DNA from: Candidatus Desulfolinea nitratireducens
GTDB lineage: Bacteria; Chloroflexota; Anaerolineae; Anaerolineales; Villigracilaceae
Length of the DNA stretch: 64,000 bases
Direction of reading: 5' to 3'
Assembly: GCA_014382535.1 (NCBI GenBank)
Contig: JACNJN010000077.1
Location: 516 to 64,515, forward strand
Shown here: positions 16,988 through 25,915 of the stretch, in pieces
Layout of the letters: every line of letters begins with the position of its first letter
How positions within the stretch are numbered: the first letter of the stretch is position 1
Made by a program: the position numbers and the translations under genes
The notes under the pieces: generated by a model
What the model was told of the DNA's origin: nothing
Databases searched by the model: none
Seen by the model: the letters and a program-made list of their open reading frames with translations, nothing else

Positions 16988-19040
16988 TTTTGTGTATAAT
17001 CATATAAATATTTCATAAGTAAAGTTGATTTATTCATATTTGCGTGTCTTGGGAAAATGGTAACAAGGAATAAACAATGAGGAAATCCAAATCTACAAAG
17101 ATCCTTGCACAATCCCGGGGTAAGCGGTTTCTGCTATTGATTACTCTGTTCCTGACGGGCTTCACCTCACTGGCTTATGAATTGATTTGGACCAGAAAAC
17201 TGTCCCTGGTTTTCGGCGCGAATGCCCTTGCGGTCAGCACTGTGCTCAGTATATTTTTGGCTGGTTTAGCATGGGGTAGTTTTTATGGTGGAAAATTAAT
17301 TGAAAAATCCAAAAACCCTTATAAATTCCTCGGTATTGTTGAAATCCTTATAGGGGCAGGATGTTTGCTGACCCTGATCCTGATTGATGGTATCAAATTC
17401 GCATATCTAAGTCTCTTTACATACTTTGGTGGAAACTTAATTCTTGTAAACCTGGTCCATTTTCTAATTAGTGCAGTGATTCTGATTGTCCCCACATTTT
17501 TAATTGGTGTCGTATTTCCTGTAGCTGTGAAATTATATTATCAGGAATCCAATGATATCGGGGATAGCGTCAGCTGGGTCTATATGGCCGATACTGTCGG
17601 GGGAGCAATAGGGTTATTAGCAACTGGACTGGTATTGATTTGGAAGATGGGTTTTTGGAATACTTCGCTGTGGTCCTCAATAGTGAACATCACCCTGGGT
17701 ATCTCCATATTAGCTTTGTTGAGGGCCAATTTATTGGCGCCACAACAACAATCTCCTCAGAAGAGCAGGAAAAAGAAAAAAGGAAACCGGAAGGAAAATC
17801 GTCAGGAAATAAACGAGCCCCGGAAAACATCAGGCAAGCTTGTCCTCGCACTTTTCTTCTTCTCAGGATTCGCAGCCTTAATCTTAGAAAATGTTTGGAT
17901 TCGTTATTTTGAAATGATCTACGGTAACAATATGATCTCATTTTCTCTTGTTGTTGCTTCTTTTCTGATTGGTCTCGGTCTCGGAAGTTTTGCAGCAAAA
18001 TATCTCACTCGTTCAGTAAAGAATAAAATCTTTTTATTCTCTATGATTGAAATGGGTATCGGGCTTTCAAGTTTATTACTTATGCTGATGTTCCCTTATA
18101 TCGAGAATATATACCTTTCCATCTTTTTCGATGTGGACAATTACAATGAGTTTCTCATTCTGTTGGGCCTTTTAGTATTTTTTATGTTGCTTATCCCCAC
18201 ACTATTAATGGGCATGACACTTCCGGTAATTAGTGAAATATACACAAATGGGAAAACGATAGGTTCGGATATTGGCAGGTTGTACTCATTTAATTCTTTC
18301 GGTTCCATATTAGGTTCCTTTTTGTCAGGATTTGTGTTCTTCTATTTATTTGGCCTCCAGAATACCGCAATTATGGCAGCCCTGATTTATATTCTAATAG
18401 CCTTTATTTTTATTTTTTTCTATGAAAAATCCAGATTGAAGACCTTTCTGACTGTTTTTGTTAATTTATTATTCCTTATTTTAGTGTTGTACGAGTTTTA
18501 TTATCAGCCCGAATACCTTTATATTGGTGCCTATTACCATGGGACCCAATTTGACAATCCCTCCGATTTTTATCGTACAAAAGAAGAGTACGAAGTTTTG
18601 TTTGAAAAACAAAGCCCGTATTCATTTGTTAGCGTTGTTTCAGCAAGAGGAAATACTCTACTCAAAATAAACGGCAGAACAGAGGGGTCAACATATAATA
18701 TTGTTCAAAATATGCTGGCAAACCTGCCTCTCTTATTCCATCCATCCCCGGATGAAGTTGCCAGTATTGGTCATGGTGGTGGTTATACCTTAAACACGAT
18801 CACAAAATATTCTGCCGTAAAAACTATTGACAATATTGAGATCGACCAGGTAATTATTGAAGCGGATCAATATATTCAAGACAATGGGAGACCATTATCT
18901 GACCCAAGAGTTAATCTGATCGTCGCTGATGCCAGAAATTATCTTTATACCAATCCCAAAAAATACGATGTGATCATTTCCGAGCCATCGCATATTTGGG
19001 CATCATCTCCTTTGTTTACCAAAGAATTTTTCGAGATCAT
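16988..19040 (+). repeat. Right copy of the 2,053-bp perfect direct repeat
   Basis: See 14282-16334. Confidence 0.85.
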
Positions 19041-19470
19041 AGATAATAGTTTGGCAGAGGGAGGAATTTATACAATTTGGCTGCCTGCTTATGAAATGAA
19101 GGGATACGATTTTGGCGTCATTATCGAAACAATAAAATCTGTTTTTCCAAATATAAAAGCATTTGATTATAGGGGTGTAATGATCATACTTGCCTCGCAC
19201 CATCAGATCGACATAGCTGAGGATCTTAATCTAACCCACCTTGAAGATAGTGAGGTAATAAAAGAGTTGGGTATAGTCAAAGAACTGGATGGTGAGGAAA
19301 ATATGGATCTCCCCGCATTTATAAAAAAACACCATTTTTCCGAGATCGAAGAATTTGTCCAGGATCAGATTGGAGAAGTAAATCAGCTCAACACCGATGA
19401 TCTTCCGATTCTGGAGTACTCAACCCTAAAGAACCTATATCGCAAATTCAACATTGAAGGGACTCCTTAG
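17077..19470 (+). CDS. Membrane/spermidine-synthase-like fusion protein, paralog 2
   Basis: 797 aa. Identical to paralog 1 through ...FFEIIDNSL, then diverges. Confidence 0.85.
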   Translation: MRKSKSTKILAQSRGKRFLLLITLFLTGFTSLAYELIWTRKLSLVFGANALAVSTVLSIFLAGLAWGSFYGGKLIEKSKNPYKFLGIVEILIGAGCLLTLILIDGIKFAYLSLFTYFGGNLILVNLVHFLISAVILIVPTFLIGVVFPVAVKLYYQESNDIGDSVSWVYMADTVGGAIGLLATGLVLIWKMGFWNTSLWSSIVNITLGISILALLRANLLAPQQQSPQKSRKKKKGNRKENRQEINEPRKTSGKLVLALFFFSGFAALILENVWIRYFEMIYGNNMISFSLVVASFLIGLGLGSFAAKYLTRSVKNKIFLFSMIEMGIGLSSLLLMLMFPYIENIYLSIFFDVDNYNEFLILLGLLVFFMLLIPTLLMGMTLPVISEIYTNGKTIGSDIGRLYSFNSFGSILGSFLSGFVFFYLFGLQNTAIMAALIYILIAFIFIFFYEKSRLKTFLTVFVNLLFLILVLYEFYYQPEYLYIGAYYHGTQFDNPSDFYRTKEEYEVLFEKQSPYSFVSVVSARGNTLLKINGRTEGSTYNIVQNMLANLPLLFHPSPDEVASIGHGGGYTLNTITKYSAVKTIDNIEIDQVIIEADQYIQDNGRPLSDPRVNLIVADARNYLYTNPKKYDVIISEPSHIWASSPLFTKEFFEIIDNSLAEGGIYTIWLPAYEMKGYDFGVIIETIKSVFPNIKAFDYRGVMIILASHHQIDIAEDLNLTHLEDSEVIKELGIVKELDGEENMDLPAFIKKHHFSEIEEFVQDQIGEVNQLNTDDLPILEYSTLKNLYRKFNIEGTP

Positions 19471-19496
19471 AAATTGCGATTCAAATTCCATAAAAA

Positions 19497-21860
19497 ATGG
19501 CCATGAGGAATTTTATGAAAAATTCGGATATAGTAAAAGCGCCTTTTCAGTCTCGCGGAAAAAGGTTCTTGCTATTATTTACTCTCTTTTTTACAGGCTT
19601 AACATCTCTGGCTTATGAATTAATTTGGACCAGAAAGCTTACCCTGGTATTCGGTGCAAATGCATTGGCTGTAAGTACCGTGCTCAGTATATTTTTAGCC
19701 GGTTTGGCGCTTGGTAGTTTATATGGAGGAAAACTAATCGAAAGATCCAAAACCCCGTATAAATTTCTCGGTTCTCTTGAGATTCTTATTGGAGCGAGCT
19801 GTTTACTCACATTATTCCTGATTGATAGCATCAAATATGCTTACCTACCCCTTTTCACTCTATTTGGAGGGAACCTATTTTTAGTAAACGTTATTCAATT
19901 TATTATCAGCGCTTTTATTCTAATTATTCCGACATTTCTTATTGGCGTTGCATTTCCTTCAGTTGTAAAGTTGTATTACCATGAAGATAAAGATATAGGA
20001 GGCAGTGTCAGTTGGTGCTATGCAGCTGATACATTGGGTGGTGCTGTTGGGCTATTGATCACTGGGTTAGTGTTAGTTTGGGTAATTGGTTTTTTAAATA
20101 CATCCCTTATCGCATCGGTGGTAAATATAACCTTAGGAATTTTTATTCTTACCTTTATTAGAGTCGAAAAAAATAATGATTTAAGAATACCTGAAAATGA
20201 GAATGTAAAGAAACAGAAAACAGACACACTAATCCTGGTTCTTTTCTTCTTTTCGGGTTTTGCAGCTTTAATCTTAGAGAATGTTTGGATCCGTTTTTTT
20301 GACATGATCTATGGGAACAGTATTCTTTCATTTTCTCTGGTCGTTGCCTCCTTTCTTTTTGGTTTGGGTATTGGAAGTTTTGCCGCAAAATTTATTGCCC
20401 GTTCAATTAAAAACAAAATATTACTTTTTTCTGTCATTGAATTAAGCATTGGGTTGACCAGCTTGATCCTTTTACTTGTTTTCCCGAATATTGAAAGGAT
20501 CTTTCTGGAGCTCTTTTTTGGCGAAGACAGCTATTCCCGGTTTGTTTTTCTCCTCGGAGCTGTTGCAATAGCTGTGTTGTTAATCCCTACTACCCTAATG
20601 GGAATGACTCTCCCGATACTAAGCACAATATACACCAAAGGAGAAACGATTGGATCTGATATGGGCAGGTTATATTCTCTTAATTCATTTGGCTCTATTT
20701 TGGGCTCATTCCTTTCAGGATTTGTGTTATTCTACACAATTGGCCTCCACAATACTGCACTTTTGGGGTCTTTAATTTATATCGCAATAGCCTTTGTTTT
20801 TATATATTTTTATGGCAGGCTCCAATTAAAGATTTTCATGGCAGTATTCATAAATTTTCTTTTTTTAGTATTAATTTTATTCAATTATTTTTATCGGCCT
20901 GATTTTCTGTACAACGGTGTTTATTATCATGGAACACGCTATAGGGACGCAGATAGATATTTCGAAGTTAAAGGAGATGATGAAGTTGTTTTTCAAAAAC
21001 AAAGTCCCTATTCTTTTGTCAGTGTAATCAAATCAGCGGGACGCACATATCTAAAAATTAATGGCAGGACAGAAGCCGCTACGGATGCGACGGTACAAAA
21101 TATGTTGAGTGATTTGCCTCTCATCTTTCATGCATCGCCTGATGAGGTGGCGATTATAGGCCACGGCGGTGGTTATACTTTAGAAGCGGTGACAAAGTTT
21201 TCTGCAGTTGCATCAATCGATGATATTGAAATTGATCAAGTGATTATCGAAGCAAATCAGTATATTCACGATAATGGAGATGCCTTATCTGACCCCAGAG
21301 TAAATTTAGTCATTGCTGATGCCAGAAATTATCTCTTTACCGGAACAAAAAAATATGATGTCATCATTTCTGAGCCTTCACATATTTGGGCATCTTCACC
21401 ATTGTTTACCAAGGATTTTTTTGAAATAACCAAAAAAAGCCTAAAAGAAGATGGTATTTATGCAACCTGGCTTCCTGTGTACGAAATGAGTGATTACGAT
21501 TACGGTGTCATTATCAAAACGATCACTTCAGTCTATCCACATCTACTTATTTTTAAATATAGTGGGGCCGAAGTATTTTTGGCCTCAAATCACAAGATAG
21601 ACCCCTCGTCTGATATATATCTTCCACACCTTGATGATAATGCAGTATCGGATGAGATGGACTATGTCAGGAGACTGGAATATGAAGAGGACCTGGATGT
21701 CCAGGAATTCATACTCGAGCATTACATTTCCGGTGACGAAGGATATATCACAAATCGCGTAGGGGATGACATCCAAATTAATACCGATGATTTGCCTATC
21801 CTGGAATATACGACACGCAGAAATGCATATAAAAAATTTAGAAGTGAAGAAGTTCCTTGA
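19497..21860 (+). CDS. Membrane/spermidine-synthase-like fusion protein, paralog 3 (diverged)
   Basis: 787 aa with the same architecture. It lacks the K/R-rich loop. It starts only 26 nt after paralog 2. Confidence 0.85.
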   Translation: MAMRNFMKNSDIVKAPFQSRGKRFLLLFTLFFTGLTSLAYELIWTRKLTLVFGANALAVSTVLSIFLAGLALGSLYGGKLIERSKTPYKFLGSLEILIGASCLLTLFLIDSIKYAYLPLFTLFGGNLFLVNVIQFIISAFILIIPTFLIGVAFPSVVKLYYHEDKDIGGSVSWCYAADTLGGAVGLLITGLVLVWVIGFLNTSLIASVVNITLGIFILTFIRVEKNNDLRIPENENVKKQKTDTLILVLFFFSGFAALILENVWIRFFDMIYGNSILSFSLVVASFLFGLGIGSFAAKFIARSIKNKILLFSVIELSIGLTSLILLLVFPNIERIFLELFFGEDSYSRFVFLLGAVAIAVLLIPTTLMGMTLPILSTIYTKGETIGSDMGRLYSLNSFGSILGSFLSGFVLFYTIGLHNTALLGSLIYIAIAFVFIYFYGRLQLKIFMAVFINFLFLVLILFNYFYRPDFLYNGVYYHGTRYRDADRYFEVKGDDEVVFQKQSPYSFVSVIKSAGRTYLKINGRTEAATDATVQNMLSDLPLIFHASPDEVAIIGHGGGYTLEAVTKFSAVASIDDIEIDQVIIEANQYIHDNGDALSDPRVNLVIADARNYLFTGTKKYDVIISEPSHIWASSPLFTKDFFEITKKSLKEDGIYATWLPVYEMSDYDYGVIIKTITSVYPHLLIFKYSGAEVFLASNHKIDPSSDIYLPHLDDNAVSDEMDYVRRLEYEEDLDVQEFILEHYISGDEGYITNRVGDDIQINTDDLPILEYTTRRNAYKKFRSEEVP

Positions 21861-21912
21861 AAGACTTTGGAATGTCAATACTATTTCAGACACGTTTAAA
21901 GATCATTATTGA

Positions 21913-24222
21913 TCATACCACCCAGTCTGGTTCTGAAACGTGAAAGTGTTTTCGATACGCTACCGTCTCAGCTAATAGCCCCTTGATGGCAAGAAAGAGC
22001 TCAGCTTGCGCATATTTCCCCGAGTTTTCTGAAGTCTGAGGTCTAATTTCTGAAGTCTGTGAAAGCATAACTTCATCACCTTCCACTTCCACCTCAACCT
22101 GCCCCCCCGCAGCCAGCCACTCCAGTCCCAGGCGGATGGTCGCCTCGCGCTGGGCAGTGACGGCGGCTAAGGTTGAGATCCTGGTTTGCCCTTCTTTCTT
22201 CGCCAGCGCATATTTCACCAACCCTGCCAAATGGGAAAGAAATCCCTGTGGCGTGATTGCTGGTGGATCAATCCCGATCAAATAAATGGTTGTGGGCTTA
22301 ACTCTTTCAATGATGTCACGCAGTTCGCTTGATCCTGGCGGGGAAGTGTAAATTGCCAGGGCTGATGATTCACCCAGTTCATACCGGTTCTTTCCCTTAA
22401 TCTCCGATTTCCCTTCCACAAAAACTTGCGCTCCTCCACTTTCAACCTTCCAACCTTCAACTTTCAACCGAATAACTTCAACCTTCTTTCCTCTTTCCTC
22501 TTTCCTAACCTCTTCCGTAATCCGAAAATCAACCATTTCCAATGTCAACTGTGGCTGACCCTGATATTCACCTGTGCGCATCTTGAAAGCCAGGTCAAAG
22601 CGACTGCCTTCAGATGGTAACTCTTCATAGGCAGCATTCCACCATAAAATGGATTGAAAATTTTCTTGGCGATCTTTGACCGTCAGGCGCAGATGCTCTT
22701 TATTGCGCCCCATCTTGGCGACACTGCTGATCTCAAGGTCACGACAAGCGAGCGTTAAGGTCGGGTTGCGGGGGCCGAAGGGAGCCAGCTTTGAAAGTGT
22801 TGCACTCAGTTCAAGGCTGAGTTCATTCATTGCCATCCATGCATCAATTTGGAGAGTCCCTTCGGGGGGCGCTTCTTCCCCCAAGCTTGCATTGATTGTC
22901 TGGCTGATCCGTCGTCTAAATGCAGGGATTTTTTCCGCGTCCAAAGCCATTCCGGCTGCCATCGGGTGACCCCCAAATCCGTGCAATATATCCTTTTGGG
23001 CGGCGATTGCCTGGGTGATATGGATGCCTGCTACCGAACGGGCCGAACCACGCGCCTGGCCATCTTCGCCAATCGAGAGCAATATGACGGGCTTGTGATA
23101 ACGCTCCCCAAGTCGGCTGGCAGTGATGCCGATCACACCGGCGGGCCAATCTTTTTGGGCCAGAACGAGCGCGGCGGTCTCCTTGAGTTTGGGATCATTG
23201 CTCAATTGGCTCTCGGCAGCCTGATAAACCTGGCTGGTGAGCAGCCTGCGCTGGGTATTCAGCCCTTCGAGTTGGGTCGCGATGACCCGGGCCTGGGAAG
23301 GATTTTCGGTGGTTAGAAAATCGACCATTATATTGGCATCTCCCAGCCGTCCAATGGCGTTCATCCGTGGGGCGATCCCAAAGCCAATATCACCTTCGTT
23401 AACTGTCAATGGGTAGATACCAGCCAGCTCGTAAAGTGTTTGCAACCCGATCCGTTTAGTCTGCCGCAATTCTATCAATCCGCATTGGAGCAGGTATCGC
23501 GCGTCGCCATACAGATCGGCTACATCGGCGGTGATGCCGAGGGCAACAAGGTCCAGTAAATCTGTTGTGGCGACTTCAGTCGCTGAAGGGCTAAAACCCT
23601 TACTACTGAGCAATTTTTCTGCCAACTTATAGGCCACACCTACACCCGGAAGGGTCGAAAGCGGATGGCCCACCGGCAGGCGTTTAGGGTCAACGATGGC
23701 CAGAGCATTGGGCAGCGTTTCAGGCAGGTCATGGTGGTCAGTGACGACAACATCCACACCGCGTGAATTCGCATAATCAATTGCTTCATTTTCTCCCACA
23801 CCTGTGTCGCAGGTCAGGATCAGTTGTGCGCCATTGTCAATGATTTCTTTTAAATAGGGAATTTTGATTCCGTGTGATTCAGTTGCACGCACCGGAATAT
23901 GCCAGAGCACATCTGCTTTGAGAGCGCGTAAAGTTTGGACGAGCAATGCTGTGGAGGTTTGCCCGTCCACGTCGAAATCACCCCAGACGCAGATCGATTC
24001 TCCCGTGCGAATGGCATGCTCGATCCGCTCCACCGCGATGCGCAGATCGGGCAGATCCCACGCGTCGGTGGGAGTGTATTCCTCCGGGTCAAGAAATGCT
24101 TTTGCGGCAGAGAGTTCGGAGATTCCGCGCCGGACAAGAGTCTCTGCGGCGAGCGGGTGCAAGCCCAGGGTGGAGAACGAATCGGGAATATCAACTGGAG
24201 TGGGGTCAAGCCATATTGTCAT
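21913..24222 (-). CDS. recJ: Single-stranded-DNA-specific exonuclease RecJ (long form)
   Basis: 769 aa. DHH-family motifs GDFDVDGQTS and VVVTDHHDL, plus a DHHA1-like GGHPMAAG. Confidence 0.9.
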   Translation of the reverse strand: MTIWLDPTPVDIPDSFSTLGLHPLAAETLVRRGISELSAAKAFLDPEEYTPTDAWDLPDLRIAVERIEHAIRTGESICVWGDFDVDGQTSTALLVQTLRALKADVLWHIPVRATESHGIKIPYLKEIIDNGAQLILTCDTGVGENEAIDYANSRGVDVVVTDHHDLPETLPNALAIVDPKRLPVGHPLSTLPGVGVAYKLAEKLLSSKGFSPSATEVATTDLLDLVALGITADVADLYGDARYLLQCGLIELRQTKRIGLQTLYELAGIYPLTVNEGDIGFGIAPRMNAIGRLGDANIMVDFLTTENPSQARVIATQLEGLNTQRRLLTSQVYQAAESQLSNDPKLKETAALVLAQKDWPAGVIGITASRLGERYHKPVILLSIGEDGQARGSARSVAGIHITQAIAAQKDILHGFGGHPMAAGMALDAEKIPAFRRRISQTINASLGEEAPPEGTLQIDAWMAMNELSLELSATLSKLAPFGPRNPTLTLACRDLEISSVAKMGRNKEHLRLTVKDRQENFQSILWWNAAYEELPSEGSRFDLAFKMRTGEYQGQPQLTLEMVDFRITEEVRKEERGKKVEVIRLKVEGWKVESGGAQVFVEGKSEIKGKNRYELGESSALAIYTSPPGSSELRDIIERVKPTTIYLIGIDPPAITPQGFLSHLAGLVKYALAKKEGQTRISTLAAVTAQREATIRLGLEWLAAGGQVEVEVEGDEVMLSQTSEIRPQTSENSGKYAQAELFLAIKGLLAETVAYRKHFHVSEPDWVV

Positions 24223-24250
24223 GAAAGGAATTCTATCAGGAAAAAATTAA

Positions 24251-24331
24251 TGCGAATTACACGAATGAACAGATGGCGAGAATAAATCTTAAAAAAATTC
24301 GCGTCATTCGTCTATTCGTGCCATTCGTGTT
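24251..24331. repeat. Palindromic repeat built from CACGAATG/CATTCGTG units
   Basis: ACACGAATGAAC ... CATTCGTCTATTCGTGCCATTCGTGT. Only one copy in the window. Confidence 0.5.
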
Positions 24332-24457
24332 AAAAAACTATGGCAAACAATTTTCCATTACTCACCAGACCTCCCCAACCCCTTCATAATTCCTTCACAG
24401 GTTGATGAGAAACTAAGAATATAAAATACTACTCTATCAATATAAAAGGAGAATTTA

Positions 24458-24871
24458 ATGAAGGTAAGTATTTGGAAAGTTGTTTTATTTTTAGGGCTGA
24501 TCGCCCTGCTTGTTGGCGGTGGTGCAATGCTCTATCGCGCTGGATTTTCCCAGGGCGTAATGTCGGATATGACCTTTCCTGAAGGTGGTTTTGAGCAAAT
24601 GATGCCCTACCGCGGATTTGGTCACGGATACGGTTATGGCTACGGTCATATGGGCTTTTTCTCATTTGGAAGAATGCTCTTTACCGGATTCTTTTTCTTG
24701 ATGATCTTTGGTCTCTTTTTCCGTCTTATCATGGGACGTCGATTTGGGCCTCCATGGGCTTATCGGATGCATCCTGAAGGCAGGGGCGGCCCTTGGGGTC
24801 ACCATCCTTACTGGAGCAAAATGCCTCCTGAGGGTGAAGATGCAGACGAAGAAGAAAAATCTGAAAAATAA
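24458..24871 (+). CDS. Small membrane protein, Gly/Tyr/His/Pro-rich with an acidic tail (function unknown)
   Basis: 137 aa, two hydrophobic segments, GHGYGYGYGH motif. RBS AAAGGAG 8 nt upstream. A strong terminator follows. Confidence 0.7.
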   Translation: MKVSIWKVVLFLGLIALLVGGGAMLYRAGFSQGVMSDMTFPEGGFEQMMPYRGFGHGYGYGYGHMGFFSFGRMLFTGFFFLMIFGLFFRLIMGRRFGPPWAYRMHPEGRGGPWGHHPYWSKMPPEGEDADEEEKSEK

Positions 24872-24885
24872 GGTCGAATGATAAA

Positions 24886-24927
24886 CTTTCATTGCAGAGA
24901 AAACTCTCTCTGCAATGAAAGTTTTAA
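24886..24927 (+). terminator. Intrinsic terminator
   Basis: Perfect 15-bp stem CTTTCATTGCAGAGA / TCTCTGCAATGAAAG, 6-nt loop, then TTTTAAAT. Confidence 0.85.
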
Positions 24928-25091
24928 ATCTGGAAAAGAAAGGTGTCCCGCAGGTTTCCATAATTCAGTTTCTTCAGCACCATAAACCTTCGGGACGATC
25001 ATATTCAATAGCCCTTAATTATAAGGTGATGGAAATCGCATAAGTATGGAAAAGAATGGTGGTAAAAGGTAAGTGATGGAAAACGCTCGAA

Positions 25092-25115
25092 GGGGATTTG
25101 TAATCCCCGTTTTTT
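25092..25115 (+). terminator. Orphan intrinsic terminator 110 nt upstream of the response-regulator gene
   Basis: GGGGATT-TGT-AATCCCC followed by GTTTTTT. There is no T-run on the opposite strand. Confidence 0.7.
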
Positions 25116-25226
25116 AGAAGAAATCCAGCGGGAGCATCAATTAGTACCTGGCACTACCTTGAAAAGATTGGTTACAATAAAGGGCAAAGTCCTGACTTTG
25201 GATTTAGGGAATGAGCAGATGAAAAT

Positions 25227-25913
25227 ATGAGTGAAACCATCCTGATCGTTGAAGACGAACCGAAAATTGCCCGGCTGGCCCGCGATTATCTTGAAAAAAA
25301 TGGGTATCGTGTATTGGTCGCCGGGGATGGAGATAGCGGCCTGGCAATGGCGCGACGCGAAAAGCCGGACCTTCTCGTACTTGACCTGATGCTCCCCGGT
25401 ATGGATGGCTTGGATGTCTGCCGTGCAATCCGCCGTGAATCAGATCTGCCGATCATCATGCTGACTGCCCGTGCAGAAGAAACCGATCGTCTGATCGGTT
25501 TGGAGCTTGGGGCAGATGATTATATTTCCAAGCCTTTTTCGCCACGCGAACTGGTTGCCCGAGTTCGGGCCTTGTTACGCCGGGCCAAGGGAAATGTTTA
25601 TGTTCCGGGCGTGATTAGAGTTGGAGATCTTGAGTTGAATACCGAGAGTCATAGCGTTAATCTTGCGGGAGAATCCCTTCACCTGACGAGGATCGAGTTC
25701 AGCCTATTGCAAACCCTGGCGCAACATCCTGGTCAAATATTTTCACGGGCGCAATTATTGGAGAATTTACATGGTGTGGCTTATATTGGTTATGACCGCA
25801 GCATCGATGCGCATATTAAAAATCTGCGCCGTAAAATAGAAGCCGACCCAGCCAACCCGCGCTATATTCTTACCGTCTATGCTGTGGGATATAGATTTAA
25901 CGACGAGCTATAA
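25227..25913 (+). CDS. OmpR-family response regulator
   Basis: Receiver domain (DLLVLDLMLPGMDG) plus a winged-helix C-terminus (LTVYAVGYRF). Confidence 0.92.
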   Translation: MSETILIVEDEPKIARLARDYLEKNGYRVLVAGDGDSGLAMARREKPDLLVLDLMLPGMDGLDVCRAIRRESDLPIIMLTARAEETDRLIGLELGADDYISKPFSPRELVARVRALLRRAKGNVYVPGVIRVGDLELNTESHSVNLAGESLHLTRIEFSLLQTLAQHPGQIFSRAQLLENLHGVAYIGYDRSIDAHIKNLRRKIEADPANPRYILTVYAVGYRFNDEL

Positions 25914-25915
25914 AT

